The notes under the pieces: generated by a model
What the model saw: only the letters and a program-made list of their open reading frames with translations
Databases searched by the model: none
What the model was told of the DNA's origin: nothing
From: Gordius albopunctatus
Taxonomy: Eukaryota
Direction of reading: 5' to 3'
Assembly (NCBI GenBank): GCA_964276515.1
Contig: OZ193909.1
Location: 10,106,001-10,170,000, forward strand
Length of the DNA stretch: 64,000 nt
Part shown: positions 25,001-38,936 of the stretch, in pieces
Numbering within the stretch: position 1 is the stretch's first letter
How the letters are laid out: each line of letters opens with the position of its first letter
Position numbers and translations under genes: made by a program

Positions 25001-28000
25001 TGCTAATTTGAGATTCATATTAATCTCGATCGACTCCTTATAAGATGTTTTAATCTGCGAAAACTATCATTTTGAGGAAAGACAACGTTATATTGTTACG
25101 ATTAATTTGTTTCATCGCGACGAGAGTGCTGAATTTTTGAAACATGCTATATGCGATGATTATTTCAAAGTAATAGTTATCTAATTGTGATAAATTTTTA
25201 CTTCTTATCATGAAAATCACGTCTGAAAATAACAACTTTCATCGGATGAATATGGTTTAATGGAAACAATTTTAAATATTTTTAGCTAAAAAAATATTTT
25301 TTTTGTTATTTTATGTAAAAGAGCTTGAAAAAATATAAAAAAGTAAGCTAATTTGAGATTCCTATTAATCTCGATCGACTCCTTATAAGAAGTTTTAAGC
25401 TGCGAGAACTATCATTTTGTTGAGAGACAACGTTATATTGTTGCGATTAGTTTGTTTCATCGCGACGAGACTGCTGAATTTTTGAAACATGCTATATGCG
25501 ATGATTATTTCAAAGTAATAGTTATCTAATTGTGATAAATTTTTACTTCTTATCATGAAAATCACGTCTGAAAATAACAACTTTCATCGGATGAATATGG
25601 TTTAATGGAAATAATTTTAAATATTTTGAGCTGAAAAATTTATTTTTTGTTATTTTGTGTAAAAGAGCTTGAAAAAATATATAAAAGTATGCTAATTTGA
25701 GATTCCTATTAATCTCGATCGACTCCTTATAATAAGTTTTAAGCTGCGAGAAGTATTATTTTGAGGAAAGACAACGTTATATTGTTGCGATTAGTTTGTT
25801 TCATCGCGACGAGAGTGCTGAATTTTTGAAACATGCTATATGCGATGATTATTTCAAAGTAATAGTTATCTAATTGTGATAAATTTTTACTTCTTATCAT
25901 GAAAATCACGTCATAAAATAACAACTTTCATCGGATGAATATGGTTTAATGGAAATAATTTTAAATATTTTGAGCTGAAAAATATATTTTTTGTTATTTT
26001 GTGTAAAAGAGCTTGAAAAAATATATAAAAGTATGCTAATTTGAGATTCATATTGATCTCGATCGACTCCTTATAATAAGTTTTAAGCTGCGAGAACTAT
26101 CATTTTGAGGAAAGACAACGTTATATTGTTGCGATTAGTTTGTTTCATCGCGACGAGAGTGCTGAATTTTTGAAACATGCTATATGCGATGATTATTTCA
26201 AATTAATAGTTATCTAATTGTGATAAATTTTTACTTCTTATCATGAAAATCACGTCTAAAAATAACAACTTTCATCGGATGAATATGGTTTAATGGAAAC
26301 AATTTTAAATATTTTTAGCTAAAAAAATATTTTTTTTGTTATTTTATGTAAAAGAGCTTGAAAAAATATATAAAAGTAAGCTAATTTGAGATTCCTATTA
26401 ATCTCGATCGACTCCTTATAAGAAGTTTTAAGCTGCGAGAACTATCATTTTGTTGAGAGACAACGTTATATTGTTGCGATTAGTTTGTTTCATCGCGACG
26501 AGAGTGCTGAATTTTTGAAACATGCTATATGCGATGATTATTTCAAAGTAATAGTTATCTAATTGTGATAAATTTTTACTTCTTATCATGAAAATCACGT
26601 CTGAAAATAACAACTTTCATCGGATGAATATGGTTTAATGGAAATAATTTTAAATATTTTGAGCTGAAAAATATATTTTTTGTTATTTTGTGTAAAAGAG
26701 CTTGAAAAAATATATAAAAGTATGCTAATTTGAGATTCATATTAATCTCGATCGACTCCTTATAATAAGTTTTAAGCTGCGAGAACTATCATTTTGAGGA
26801 AAGACAACGTTATATTGTTGCGATTAGTTTGTTTCATCGCGACGAGCCTGCTGAATTTTTGAAACATGCTATATGCGATGATTATCTCAAAGTAATAGTT
26901 ATCTAATTGTGATAAATTTTTACTTCTTATCATGAAAATCACGTCTGAAAATAACAACTTTCATCGGATGAATATGGTTTAATGGAAATAATTTTAAATA
27001 TTTTGAGCTGAAAAATATATTTTTTGTTATTTTGTGTAAAAGAGCTTGAAAAAATATATAAAAGTATGCTAATTTGAGATTCCTATTAATCTCGATCGAC
27101 TCCTTATAATAAGTTTTAAGCTGCGAGAACTATTATTTTGAGAAAAGACAACGTTATATTGTTGCGATTAGTTTGTTTCATCGCGACGAGAGTGCTGAAT
27201 TTTTGAAACATGCTATATGCGATGATTATTTCAAAGTAATAGTTATCTAATTGTGATAAATTTTTACTTCTTATCATGAAAATTACGTCTGAAAATAACA
27301 ACTTTCATCGGATGAATATGGTTTAATGGAAATAATTTTAAATATTTTGAGCTGAAAAATATATTTTTTGTTATTTTGTGTAAAAAAGCTTGAAAAAATA
27401 TATAAAAGTATGCTAATTTGAGATTCATATTAATCTCGATCGACTCCTTATAATAAGTTTTAAGATGCGAGAACTATCATTTTGAGGAAAGACAACGCTT
27501 TATTGTTGCGATTATCATCGCGACGAGAGTGCTGAATTTTTGAAACATGCTATATGCGATGATTATTTCGAAGTAATAGTTATCTAATTGTGATAAATTT
27601 TTACTTCTTATCATGAAAATCACGTCTGAAAATAACAACTTTCATCGGATGAATATGGTTTAATGGAAATAATTTTAAATATTTTTAGCTAAAAAAATAT
27701 TTTTTTTGTTATTTTATGTAAAAGAGCTTGAAAAAATATATAAAAGTAAGCTAATTTGAGATTCCTATTAATCTCGATCGACTCCTTATAATAAGTTTTA
27801 AGCTGCGAGAACTATCATTTTGAGGAAAGACAACGTTATATTGTTGCGATTATCATCGCGACGAGAGTGCTGAATTTTTGAAACATGCTATATGCGATGA
27901 TTATTTCAAAGTAATAGTTATCTAATTGTGACAAATTTTTATTTCTTATCATGAAAATCAGGTCTGAAAATAACAACTTTCATCGGATGAATATGGTTTA

Positions 28001-31000
28001 ATGGAAATAATTTTAAATATTTTGAGCTGAAAAATATATTTTTTGTTATTTTGTGCAAAAGAGCTTGAAAAAATATATAAAAGTAAGCTAATTTGAGATT
28101 CCTATTAATCTCGATCGACTCCTTATAATAAGTTTTAAGCTGCGAGAACTATCATTTTGAGGAAAGACAACGTTATATTGTTGCGATTATCATCGCGACG
28201 AGAGTGCTGAATTTTTGAAACATGCTATATGCGATGATTATTTCAAAGTAATAGTTATCTAATTGTGACAAATTTTTATTTCTTATCATGAAAATCACGT
28301 CTGAAAATAACAACTTTCATCGGATGAATATGGTTTAATGGAAATAATTTTAAATATTTTGAGCTGAAAAATATATTTTTTGTTATTTTGTGTAAAAGAG
28401 CTTAAAAAAATATATAAAAGTATGCTAATTTGAGATTCATATTAATCTCGATCGACTCCTTATAAGATGTTTTAATCTGCGAAAACTATCATTTTGAGGA
28501 AAGACAACGTTATATTGTTGCGATTAATTTGTTTCATCGCGACGAGAGTGCTGAATTTTTGAAACATGCTATATGCGATGATTATTTCAAAGTAATAGTT
28601 ATCTAATTGTGATAAATTTTTACTTCTTATCATGAAAATCACGTCTGAAAATAACAACTTTCATCGGATGAATATGGTTTAATGGAAATAATTTTAAATA
28701 TTTTGAGAGAAAAATATATTTTTTGTTATTTTGTGTAAAAGAGCTTAAAAAAATATATAAAAGTATGCTAATTTGAGATTCATATTAATCTCGATCGACT
28801 CCTTATAAGATGTTTTAATCTGCGAAAACTATCATTTTGAGGAAAGACAACGTTATATTGTTGCGATTAGTTTGTTTCATCGCGACGAGAGTGCTGAATT
28901 TTTGAAACATGCTATATGCGATGATTATTTCAAAGTAATAGTTATCTAATTGTGATAAATTTTTACTTCTTATCATGAAAATCACGTCATAAAATAACAA
29001 CTTTCATCGGATGAATATGGTTTAATGGAAATAATTTTAAATATTTTGAGCTGAAAAATATATTTTTTGTTATTTTGTGTAAAAGAGCTTGAAAAAATAT
29101 ATAAAAGTATGCTAATTTGAGATTCCTATTAATCTCGATCGACTCCTTATAATAAGTTTTAAGCTGCGAGAACTATTATTTTGAGAAAAGACAACGTTAT
29201 ATTGTTGCGATTAGTTTGTTTCATCGCGACGAGAGTGCTGAATTTTTGAAACATGCTATATGCGATGATTATTTCAAAGTAATAGTTATCTAATTGTGAT
29301 AAATTTTTACTTCTTATCATGAAAATTACGTCTGAAAATAACAACTTTCATCGGATGAATATGGTTTAATGGAAATAATTTTAAATATTTTGAGCTGAAA
29401 AATATATTTTTTGTTATTTTGTGTAAAAGAGCTTGAAAAAATATATAAAAGTATGCTAATTTGAGATTCCTATTAATCTCGATCGACTCCTTATAATAAG
29501 TTTTAAGCTGCGAGAACTATTATTTTGAGAAAAGACAACGTTATATTGTTGCGATTATCATCGCGACGATAGTGCTGAATTTTTGAAACATGCTATATGC
29601 GATGATTATTTCAAAGTAATAGTTATCTAATTGTGATAAATTTTTACTTCTTATCATGAAAATCATGTCTGAAAATAACAACTTTCATCGGATGAATATG
29701 GTTTAATGGAAATAATTTTAAATATTTTGAGCTGAAAAATATATTTTTTGTTATTTTGTGTAAAAGAGCTTGAAAAAATATAAAAAAGTAAGCTAATTTG
29801 AGATTCCTATTAATCTCGATCGACTCCTTATAAGAAGTTTTAAGCTGCGAGAACTATCATTTTGTTGAGAGACAACGTTATATTGCTGCGATTAGTTTGT
29901 TTCATCGCGACGAGACTGCTGAATTTTTGAAACATGCTATATGCGATGATTATTTCAAAGTAATAGTTATCTAATTGTGATAAATTTTTACTTCTTATCA
30001 TGAAAATCAGGTTTGAAAATAACAACTTTCATCGGATGAATATGGTTTAATGGAAATAATTTTAAATATTTTGAGAGAAAAATATATTTTTTGTTATTTT
30101 GTGTAAAAGAGCTTGAAAAAATATATAAAAGTAAGCTAATTTGAGATTCCTATTAATCTCGATCGACTCCTTATAAGAAGTTTTAAGCTGCGAGAACTAT
30201 CATTTTGAGGAAAGACAACGTTATATTGTTGCGATTATCATCGCGACGATAGTGCTGAATTTTTGAAACATGCTATATGCGATGATTATTTCAAAGTAAT
30301 AGTTATCTAATTGTGATAAATTTTTACTTCTTATCATGAAAATCACGTCTGAAAATAACAACTTTCATCGGATGAATATGGTTTAATGGAAATAATTTTA
30401 AATATTTTGAGCTGAAAAATATATTTTTTGTTATTTTGTGTAAAAGAGCTTGAAAAAATATATAAAAGTATGCTAATTTGAGATTCCTATTAATCTCGAT
30501 CGACTCCTTATAATAAGTTTTAAGCTGCGAGAACTATTATTTTGAGAAAAGACAACGTTATATTGTTGCGATTAGTTTGTTTCATCGCGACGAGACTGCT
30601 GAATTTTTGAAACATGCTATATGCGATGATTATTTCAAAGTAATAGTTATCTAATTGTGATAAATTTTTACTTCTTATCATGAAAATCACGTCTGAAAAT
30701 AACAACTTTCATCGGATGAATATGGTTTAATGGAAACAATTTTAAATATTTTTAGCTAAAAAAATATTTTTTTTGTTATTTTATGTAAAAGAGCTTGAAA
30801 AAATATAAAAAAGTAAGCTAATTTGAGATTCCTATTAATCTCGATCGACTCCTTATAAGAAGTTTTAAGCTGCGAGAACTATCATTTTGTTGAGAGACAA
30901 CGTTATATTGTTGCGATTAGTTTGTTTCATCGCGACGAGACTGCTGAATTTTTGAAACATGCTATATGCGATGATTATTTCAAAGTAATAGTTATCTAAT

Positions 31001-34000
31001 TGTGATAAATTTTTACTTCTTATCATGAAAATCACGTCTGAAAATAACAACTTTCATCGGATGAATATGGTTTAATGGAAATAATTTTAAATATTTTTAG
31101 CTAAAAAAATATTTTTTTTGTTATTTTATGTAAAAGAGCTTGAAAAAATATATAAAAGTAAGCTAATTTGAGATTCCTATTAATCTCGATCGACTCCTTA
31201 TAATAAGTTTTAAGCTGCGAGAACTATCATTTTGAGGAAAGACAACGTTATATTGTTGCGATTAGTTTGTTTCATCGCGACGAGAGTGCTGAATTTTTGA
31301 AACATGCTATATGCGATGATTATTTCAAAGTAATAGTTATCTAATTGTGATAAATTTTTACTTCTTATCATGAAAATCACGTCATAAAATAACAACTTTC
31401 ATCGGATGAATATGGTTTAATGGAAATAATTTTAAATATTTTGAGCTGAAAAATATATTTTTTGTTATTTTGTGTAAAAGAGCTTGAAAAAATATATAAA
31501 AGTATGCTAATTTGAGATTCCTATTAATCTCGATCGACTCCTTATAATAAGTTTTAAGCTGCGAGAACTATTATTTTGAGAAAAGACAACGTTATATTGT
31601 TGCGATTAGTTTGTTTCATCGCGACGAGACTGCTGAATTTTTGAAACATGCTATATGCGATGATTATTTCAAAGTAATAGTTATCTAATTGTGATAAATT
31701 TTTACTTCTTATCATGAAAATCACGTCTGAAAATAACAACTTTCATCGGATGAATATGGTTTAATGGAAATAATTTTAAATATTTTGAGCTGAAAAATAT
31801 ATTTTTTGTTATTTTGTGTAAAAGAGCTTGAAAAAATATATAAAAGTATGCTAATTTGAGATTCCTATTAATCTCGATCGACTCCTTATAATAAGTTTTA
31901 AGCTGCGAGAACTATTATTTTGAGAAAAGACAACGTTATATTGTTGCGATTAGTTTGTTTCATCGCGACGAGACTGCTGAATTTTTGAAACATGCTATAT
32001 GCGATGATTATTTCAAAGTAATAGTTATCTAATTGTGATAAATTTTTACTTCTTATCATGAAAATCACGTCTGAAAATAACAACTTTCATCGGATGAATA
32101 TGGTTTAATGGAAACAATTTTAAATATTTTTAGCTAAAAAAATATTTTTTTTGTTATTTTATGTAAAAGAGCTTGAAAAAATATAAAAAAGTAAGCTAAT
32201 TTGAGATTCCTATTAATCTCGATCGACTCCTTATAAGAAGTTTTAAGCTGCGAGAACTATCATTTTGTTGAGAGACAACGTTATATTGTTGCGATTAGTT
32301 TGTTTCATCGCGACGAGAGTGCTGAATTTTTGAAACATGCTATATGCGATGATTATTTCAAAGTAATAGTTATCTAATTGTGATAAATTTTTACTTCTTA
32401 TCATGAAAATCACGTCATAAAATAACAACTTTCATCGGATGAATATGGTTTAATGGAAATAATTTTAAATATTTTGAGCTGAAAAATATATTTTTTGTTA
32501 TTTTGTGTAAAAGAGCTTGAAAAAATATATAAAAGTATGCTAATTTGAGATTCATATTGATCTCGATCGACTCCTTATAATAAGTTTTAAGCTGCGAGAA
32601 CTATCATTTTGAGGAAAGACAACGTTATATTGTTGCGATTAGTTTGTTTCATCGCGACGAGAGTGCTGAATTTTTGAAACATGCTATATGCGATGATTAT
32701 TTCAAAGTAATAGTTATCTAATTGTGATAAATTTTTACTTCTTATCATGAAAATCACGTCTGAAAATAACAACTTTCATCGGATGAATATGGTTTAATGG
32801 AAATAATTTTAAATATTTTGAGCTGAAAAATATATTTTTTGTTATTTTGTGTAAAAGAGCTTGAAAAAATATATAAAAGTATGCTAATTTGAGATTCATA
32901 TTAATCTCGATCGACTCCTTATAATAAGTTTTAAGCAGCGAGAACTATCATTTTGAGGAAAGACAACGTTATATTGTTGCGATTAGTTTGTTTCATCGCG
33001 ACGAGAGTGCTGAATTTTTGAAACATGCTATATGCGATGATTATTTCAAAGTAATAGTTATCTAATTGTGATAAATTTTTACTTCTTATCATGAAAATCA
33101 CGTCTAAAAATAACAACTTTCATCGGATGAATATGGTTTAATGGAAACAATTTTAAATATTTTTAGCTAAAAAAATATTTTTTTTGTTATTTTATGTAAA
33201 AGAGCTTGAAAAAATATATAAAAGTAAGCTAATTTGAGATTCCTATTAATCTCGATCGACTCCTTATAAGAAGTTTTAAGCTGCGAGAACTATCATTTTG
33301 TTGAGAGACAACGTTATATTGTTGCGATTAGTTTGTTTCATCGCGACGAGAGTGCTGAATTTTTGAAACATGCTATATGCGATGATTATTTCAAAGTAAT
33401 AGTTATCTAATTGTGATAAATTTTTACTTCTTATCATGAAAATCACGTCTGAAAATAACAACTTTCATCGGATGAATATGGTTTAATGGAAATAATTTTA
33501 AATATTTTGAGCTGAAAAATATATTTTCTTGTTATTTTGTGTAAAAGAGCTTGAAAAAATATATAAAAGTATGCTAATTTGAGATTCATATTAATCTCGA
33601 TCGACTCCTTATAATAAGTTTTAAGCTGCGAGAACTATCATTTTGAGGAAAGACAACGTTATATTGCTGCGATTAGTTTGTTTCATCGCGACGAGACTGC
33701 TGAATTTTTGAAACATGCTATATGCGATGATTATTTCAAAGTAATAGTTATCTAATTGTGATAAATTTTTACTTCTTATCATGAAAATCACGTCTAAAAA
33801 TAACAACTTTCATCGGATGAATATGGTTTAATGGAAACAATTTTAAATATTTTTAGCTAAAAAATATTTTTTTTGTTATTTTATGTAAAAGAGCTTGAAA
33901 AAATATATAAAAGTAAGCTAATTTGAGATTCCTATTAATCTCGATCGACTCCTTATAAGAAGTTTTAAGCTGCGAGAACTATCATTTTGTTGAGAGACAA

Positions 34001-37000
34001 CGTTATATTGTTGCGATTAGTTTGTTTCATCGCGACGAGCCTGCTGAATTTTTGAAACATGCTATATGCGATGATTATCTCAAAGTAATAGTTATCTAAT
34101 TGTGATAAATTTTTACTTCTTATCATGAAAATCACGTCTAAAAATAACAACTTTCATCGGATGAATATGGTTTAATGGAAACAATTTTAAATATTTTTAG
34201 CTAAAAAATATTTTTTTTGTTATTTTATGTAAAAGAGCTTGAAAAAATATATAAAAGTAAGCTAATTTGAGATTTCTATTAATCTCGATCGACTCCTTAT
34301 AAGAAGTTTTAAGCTGCGAGAACTATCATTTTGTTGAGAGACAACGTTATATTGTTGCGATTAGTTTGTTTCATCGCGACGAGACTGCTGAATTTTTGAA
34401 ACATGCTATATGCGATGATTATCTCAAAGTAATAGTTATCTAATTGTGATAAATTTTTACTTCTTATCATGAAAATCACGTCTGAAAATAACAACTTTCA
34501 TCGGATGAATATGGTTTAATGGAAATAATTTTAAATATTTTGAGAGAAAAATATATTTTTTGTTATTTTGTGTAAAAGAGCTTGAAAAAATATATAAAAG
34601 TAAGCTAATTTGAGATTCCTATTAATCTCGATCGACTCCTTATAAGAAGTTTTAAGCTGCGAGAACTATCATTTTGAGGAAAGACAACGTTATATTGTTG
34701 CGATTATCATCGCGACGATAGTGCTGAATTTTTGAAACATGCTATATGCGATGATTATTTCAAAGTAATAGTTATCTAATTGTGATAAATTTTTACTTCT
34801 TATCATGAAAATCACGTCTGAAAATAACAACTTTCATCGGATGAATATGGTTTAATGGAAATAATTTTAAATATTTTGAGAGAAAAATATATTTTTTGTT
34901 ATTTTGTGTAAAAGAGCTTGAAAAAATATATAAAAGTAAGCTAATTTGAGATTCCTATTAATCTCGATCGACTCCTTATAAGAAGTTTTAAGCTGCGAGA
35001 ACTATCATTTTGAGGAAAGACAACGTTATATTGTTGCGATTATCATCGCGACGATAGTGCTGAATTTTTGAAACATGCTATATGCGATGATTATTTCAAA
35101 GTAATAGTTATCTAATTGTGATAAATTTTTACTTCTTATCATGAAAATCACGTCTGAAAATAACAACTTTAATCGGATGAATATGGTTTAATGGAAATAA
35201 TTTTAAATATTTTGAGCTGAAAAATATATTTTTTGTTATTTTGTGTAAAAGAGCTTGAAAAAATATATAAAAGTATGCTAATTTGAGATTCCTATTAATC
35301 TCGATCGACTCCTTATAATAAGTTTTAAGCTGCGAGAACTATTATTTTGAGGAAAGACAACGTTATATTGTTGCGATTAGTTTGTTTCATCGCGACGAGA
35401 GTGCTGAATTTTTGAAACATGCTATATGCGATGATTATTTCAAAGTAATAGTTATCTAATTGTGATAAATTTTTACTTCTTATCATGAAAATCACGTCTG
35501 AAAATAACAACTTTCATCGGATGAATATGGTTTAATGGAAATAATTTTAAATATTTTGAGCTGAAAAATATATTTTTTGTTATTTTGTGTAAAAGAGCTT
35601 GAAAAAATAAATAAAAGTATGCTAATTTGAGATTCCTATTAATCTCGATCGACTCCTTATAATAAGTTTTAAGCTGCGAGAACTATCATTTTGAGGAAAG
35701 ACAACGCTTTATTGTTGCGATTATCATCGCGACGAGAGTGCTGAATTTTTGAAACATGCTATATGCGATGATTATTTCAAAGTAATAGTTATCTAATTGT
35801 GATAAATTTTTACTTCTTATCATGAAAATCACGTCTGAAAATAACAACTTTCATCGGATGAATATGGTTTAATGGAAATAATTTTAAATATTTTGAGCTG
35901 AAAAATATATTTTCTTGTTATTTTGTGTAAAAGAGCTTGAAAAAATATATAAAAGTATGCTAATTTGAGATTCATATTAATCTCGATCGACTCCTTATAA
36001 TAAGTTTTAAGCTGCGAGAACTATCATTTTGAGGAAAGACAACGTTATATTGCTGCGATTAGTTTGTTTCATCGCGACGAGACTGCTGAATTTTTGAAAC
36101 ATGCTATATGCGATGATTATTTCAAAGTAATAGTTATCTAATTGTGATAAATTTTTACTTCTTATCATGAAAATCACGTCTAAAAATAACAACTTTCATC
36201 GGATGAATATGGTTTAATGGAAACAATTTTAAATATTTTTAGCTAAAAAATATTTTTTTTGTTATTTTATGTAAAAGAGCTTGAAAAAATATATAAAAGT
36301 AAGCTAATTTGAGATTCCTATTAATCTCGATCGACTCCTTATAAGAAGTTTTAAGCTGCGAGAACTATCATTTTGTTGAGAGACAACGTTATATTGTTGC
36401 GATTAGTTTGTTTCATCGCGACGAGCCTGCTGAATTTTTGAAACATGCTATATGCGATGATTATTTCAAAGTAATAGTTATCTAATTGTGATAAATTTTT
36501 ACTTCTTATCATGAAAATCACGTCTGAAAATAACAACTTTCATCGGATGAATATGGTTTAATGGAAATAATTTTAAATATTTTGAGCTGAAAAATATATT
36601 TTTTGTTATTTTATGTAAAAGAGCTTGAAAAAATATATAAAAGTAAGCTAATTTGAGATTTCTATTAATCTCGATCGACTCCTTATAAGAAGTTTTAAGC
36701 TGCGAGAACTATCATTTTGTTGAGAGACAACGTTATATTGTTGCGATTAGTTTGTTTCATCGCGACGAGACTGCTGAATTTTTGAAACATGCTATATGCG
36801 ATGATTATCTCAAAGTAATAGTTATCTAATTGTGATAAATTTTTACTTCTTATCATGAAAATCACGTCTGAAAATAACAACTTTCATCGGATGAATATGG
36901 TTTAATGGAAATAATTTTAAATATTTTGAGAGAAAAATATATTTTTTGTTATTTTGTGTAAAAGAGCTTGAAAAAATATATAAAAGTAAGCTAATTTGAG

Positions 37001-38936
37001 ATTCCTATTAATCTCGATCGACTCCTTATAAGAAGTTTTAAGCTGCGAGAACTATCATTTTGAGGAAAGACAACGTTATATTGTTGCGATTATCATCGCG
37101 ACGATAGTGCTGAATTTTTGAAACATGCTATATGCGATGATTATTTCAAAGTAATAGTTATCTAATTGTGATAAATTTTTACTTCTTATCATGAAAATCA
37201 CGTCTGAAAATAACAACTTTCATCGGATGAATATGGTTTAATGGAAATAATTTTAAATATTTTGAGAGAAAAATATATTTTTTGTTATTTTGTGTAAAAG
37301 AGCTTGAAAAAATATATAAAAGTAAGCTAATTTGAGATTCCTATTAATCTCGATCGACTCCTTATAAGAAGTTTTAAGCTGCGAGAACTATCATTTTGAG
37401 GAAAGACAACGTTATATTGTTGCGATTATCATCGCGACGATAGTGCTGAATTTTTGAAACATGCTATATGCGATGATTATTTCAAAGTAATAGTTATCTA
37501 ATTGTGATAAATTTTTACTTCTTATCATGAAAATCACGTCTGAAAATAACAACTTTCATCGGATGAATATGGTTTAATGGAAATAATTTTAAATATTTTG
37601 AGCTGAAAAATATATTTTTTGTTATTTTGTGTAAAAGAGCTTGAAAAAATATATAAAAGTATGCTAATTTGAGATTCCTATTAATCTCGATCGACTCCTT
37701 ATAATAAGTTTTAAGCTGCGAGAACTATTATTTTGAGGAAAGACAACGTTATATTGTTGCGATTAGTTTGTTTCATCGCGACGAGAGTGCTGAATTTTTG
37801 AAACATGCTATATGCGATGATTATTTCAAAGTAATAGTTATCTAATTGTGATAAATTTTTACTTCTTATCATGAAAATCACGTCTGAAAATAACAACTTT
37901 CATCGGATGAATATGGTTTAATGGAAATAATTTTAAATATTTTGAGCTGAAAAATATATTTTTTGTTATTTTGTGTAAAAGAGCTTGAAAAAATAAATAA
38001 AAGTATGCTAATTTGAGATTCCTATTAATCTCGATCGACTCCTTATAATAAGTTTTAAGCTGCGAGAACTATCATTTTGAGGAAAGACAACGCTTTATTG
38101 TTGCAATTATCATCGCGACGAGAGTGCTGAATTTTTGAAACATGCTATATGCGATGATTATTTCAAAGTAATAGTTATCTAATTGTGATAAATTTTTACT
38201 TCTTATCATGAAAATCACGTCTGAAAATAACAACTTTCATCGGATGAATATGGTTTAATGGAAATAATTTTAAATATTTTTAGCTAAAAAAATATTTTTT
38301 TTGTTATTTTATGTAAAAGAGCTTGAAAAAATATATAAAAGTAAGCTAATTTGAGATTCCTATTAATCTCGATCGACTCCTTATAAGAAGTTTTAAGCTG
38401 CGAGAACTATCATTTTGAGGAAAGACAACGTTATATTGTTGCGATTATCATCGCGACGAGAGTGCTGAATTTTTGAAACATGCTATATGCGATGATTATT
38501 TCAAAGTAATAGTTATCTAATTGTGATAAATTTTTACTTCTTATCATGAAAATCACGTCTGAAAATAACAACTTTCATCGGATGAATATGGTTTAATGGA
38601 AATAATTTTAAATATTTTGAGCTGAAAAATATATTTTTTGTTATTTTGTGTAAAAGAGCTTGAAAAAATATATAAAAGTATGCTAATTTGAGATTCATAT
38701 TAATCTCAATCGACTCCTTATAATAAGTTTTAAGCTGCGAGAACTATCATTTTGAGGAAAGACAACGTTATATTGTTGCGATTATCATCGCGACGAGAGT
38801 GCTGAATTTTTGAAACATGCTATATGCGATGATTATTTCAAAGTAATAGTTATCTAATTGTGATAAATTTTTACTTCTTATCATGAAAATCACGTCTGAA
38901 AATAACAACTTTAATCGGATGAATATGGTTTAATGG
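16063..38936. repeat. Subfamily domain II (heterogeneous)
   Basis: Variants concentrated here: ACTATTATTTTGAGAAAAG, TAAGATGTTTT, GTGACAAATTTTTATTTC, CACGTCATAA, TTTCGAAG, CAGGTTTG and ATTGCTGCG. ATGGAATACACG is absent. Boundaries are approximate. Confidence 0.82.
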
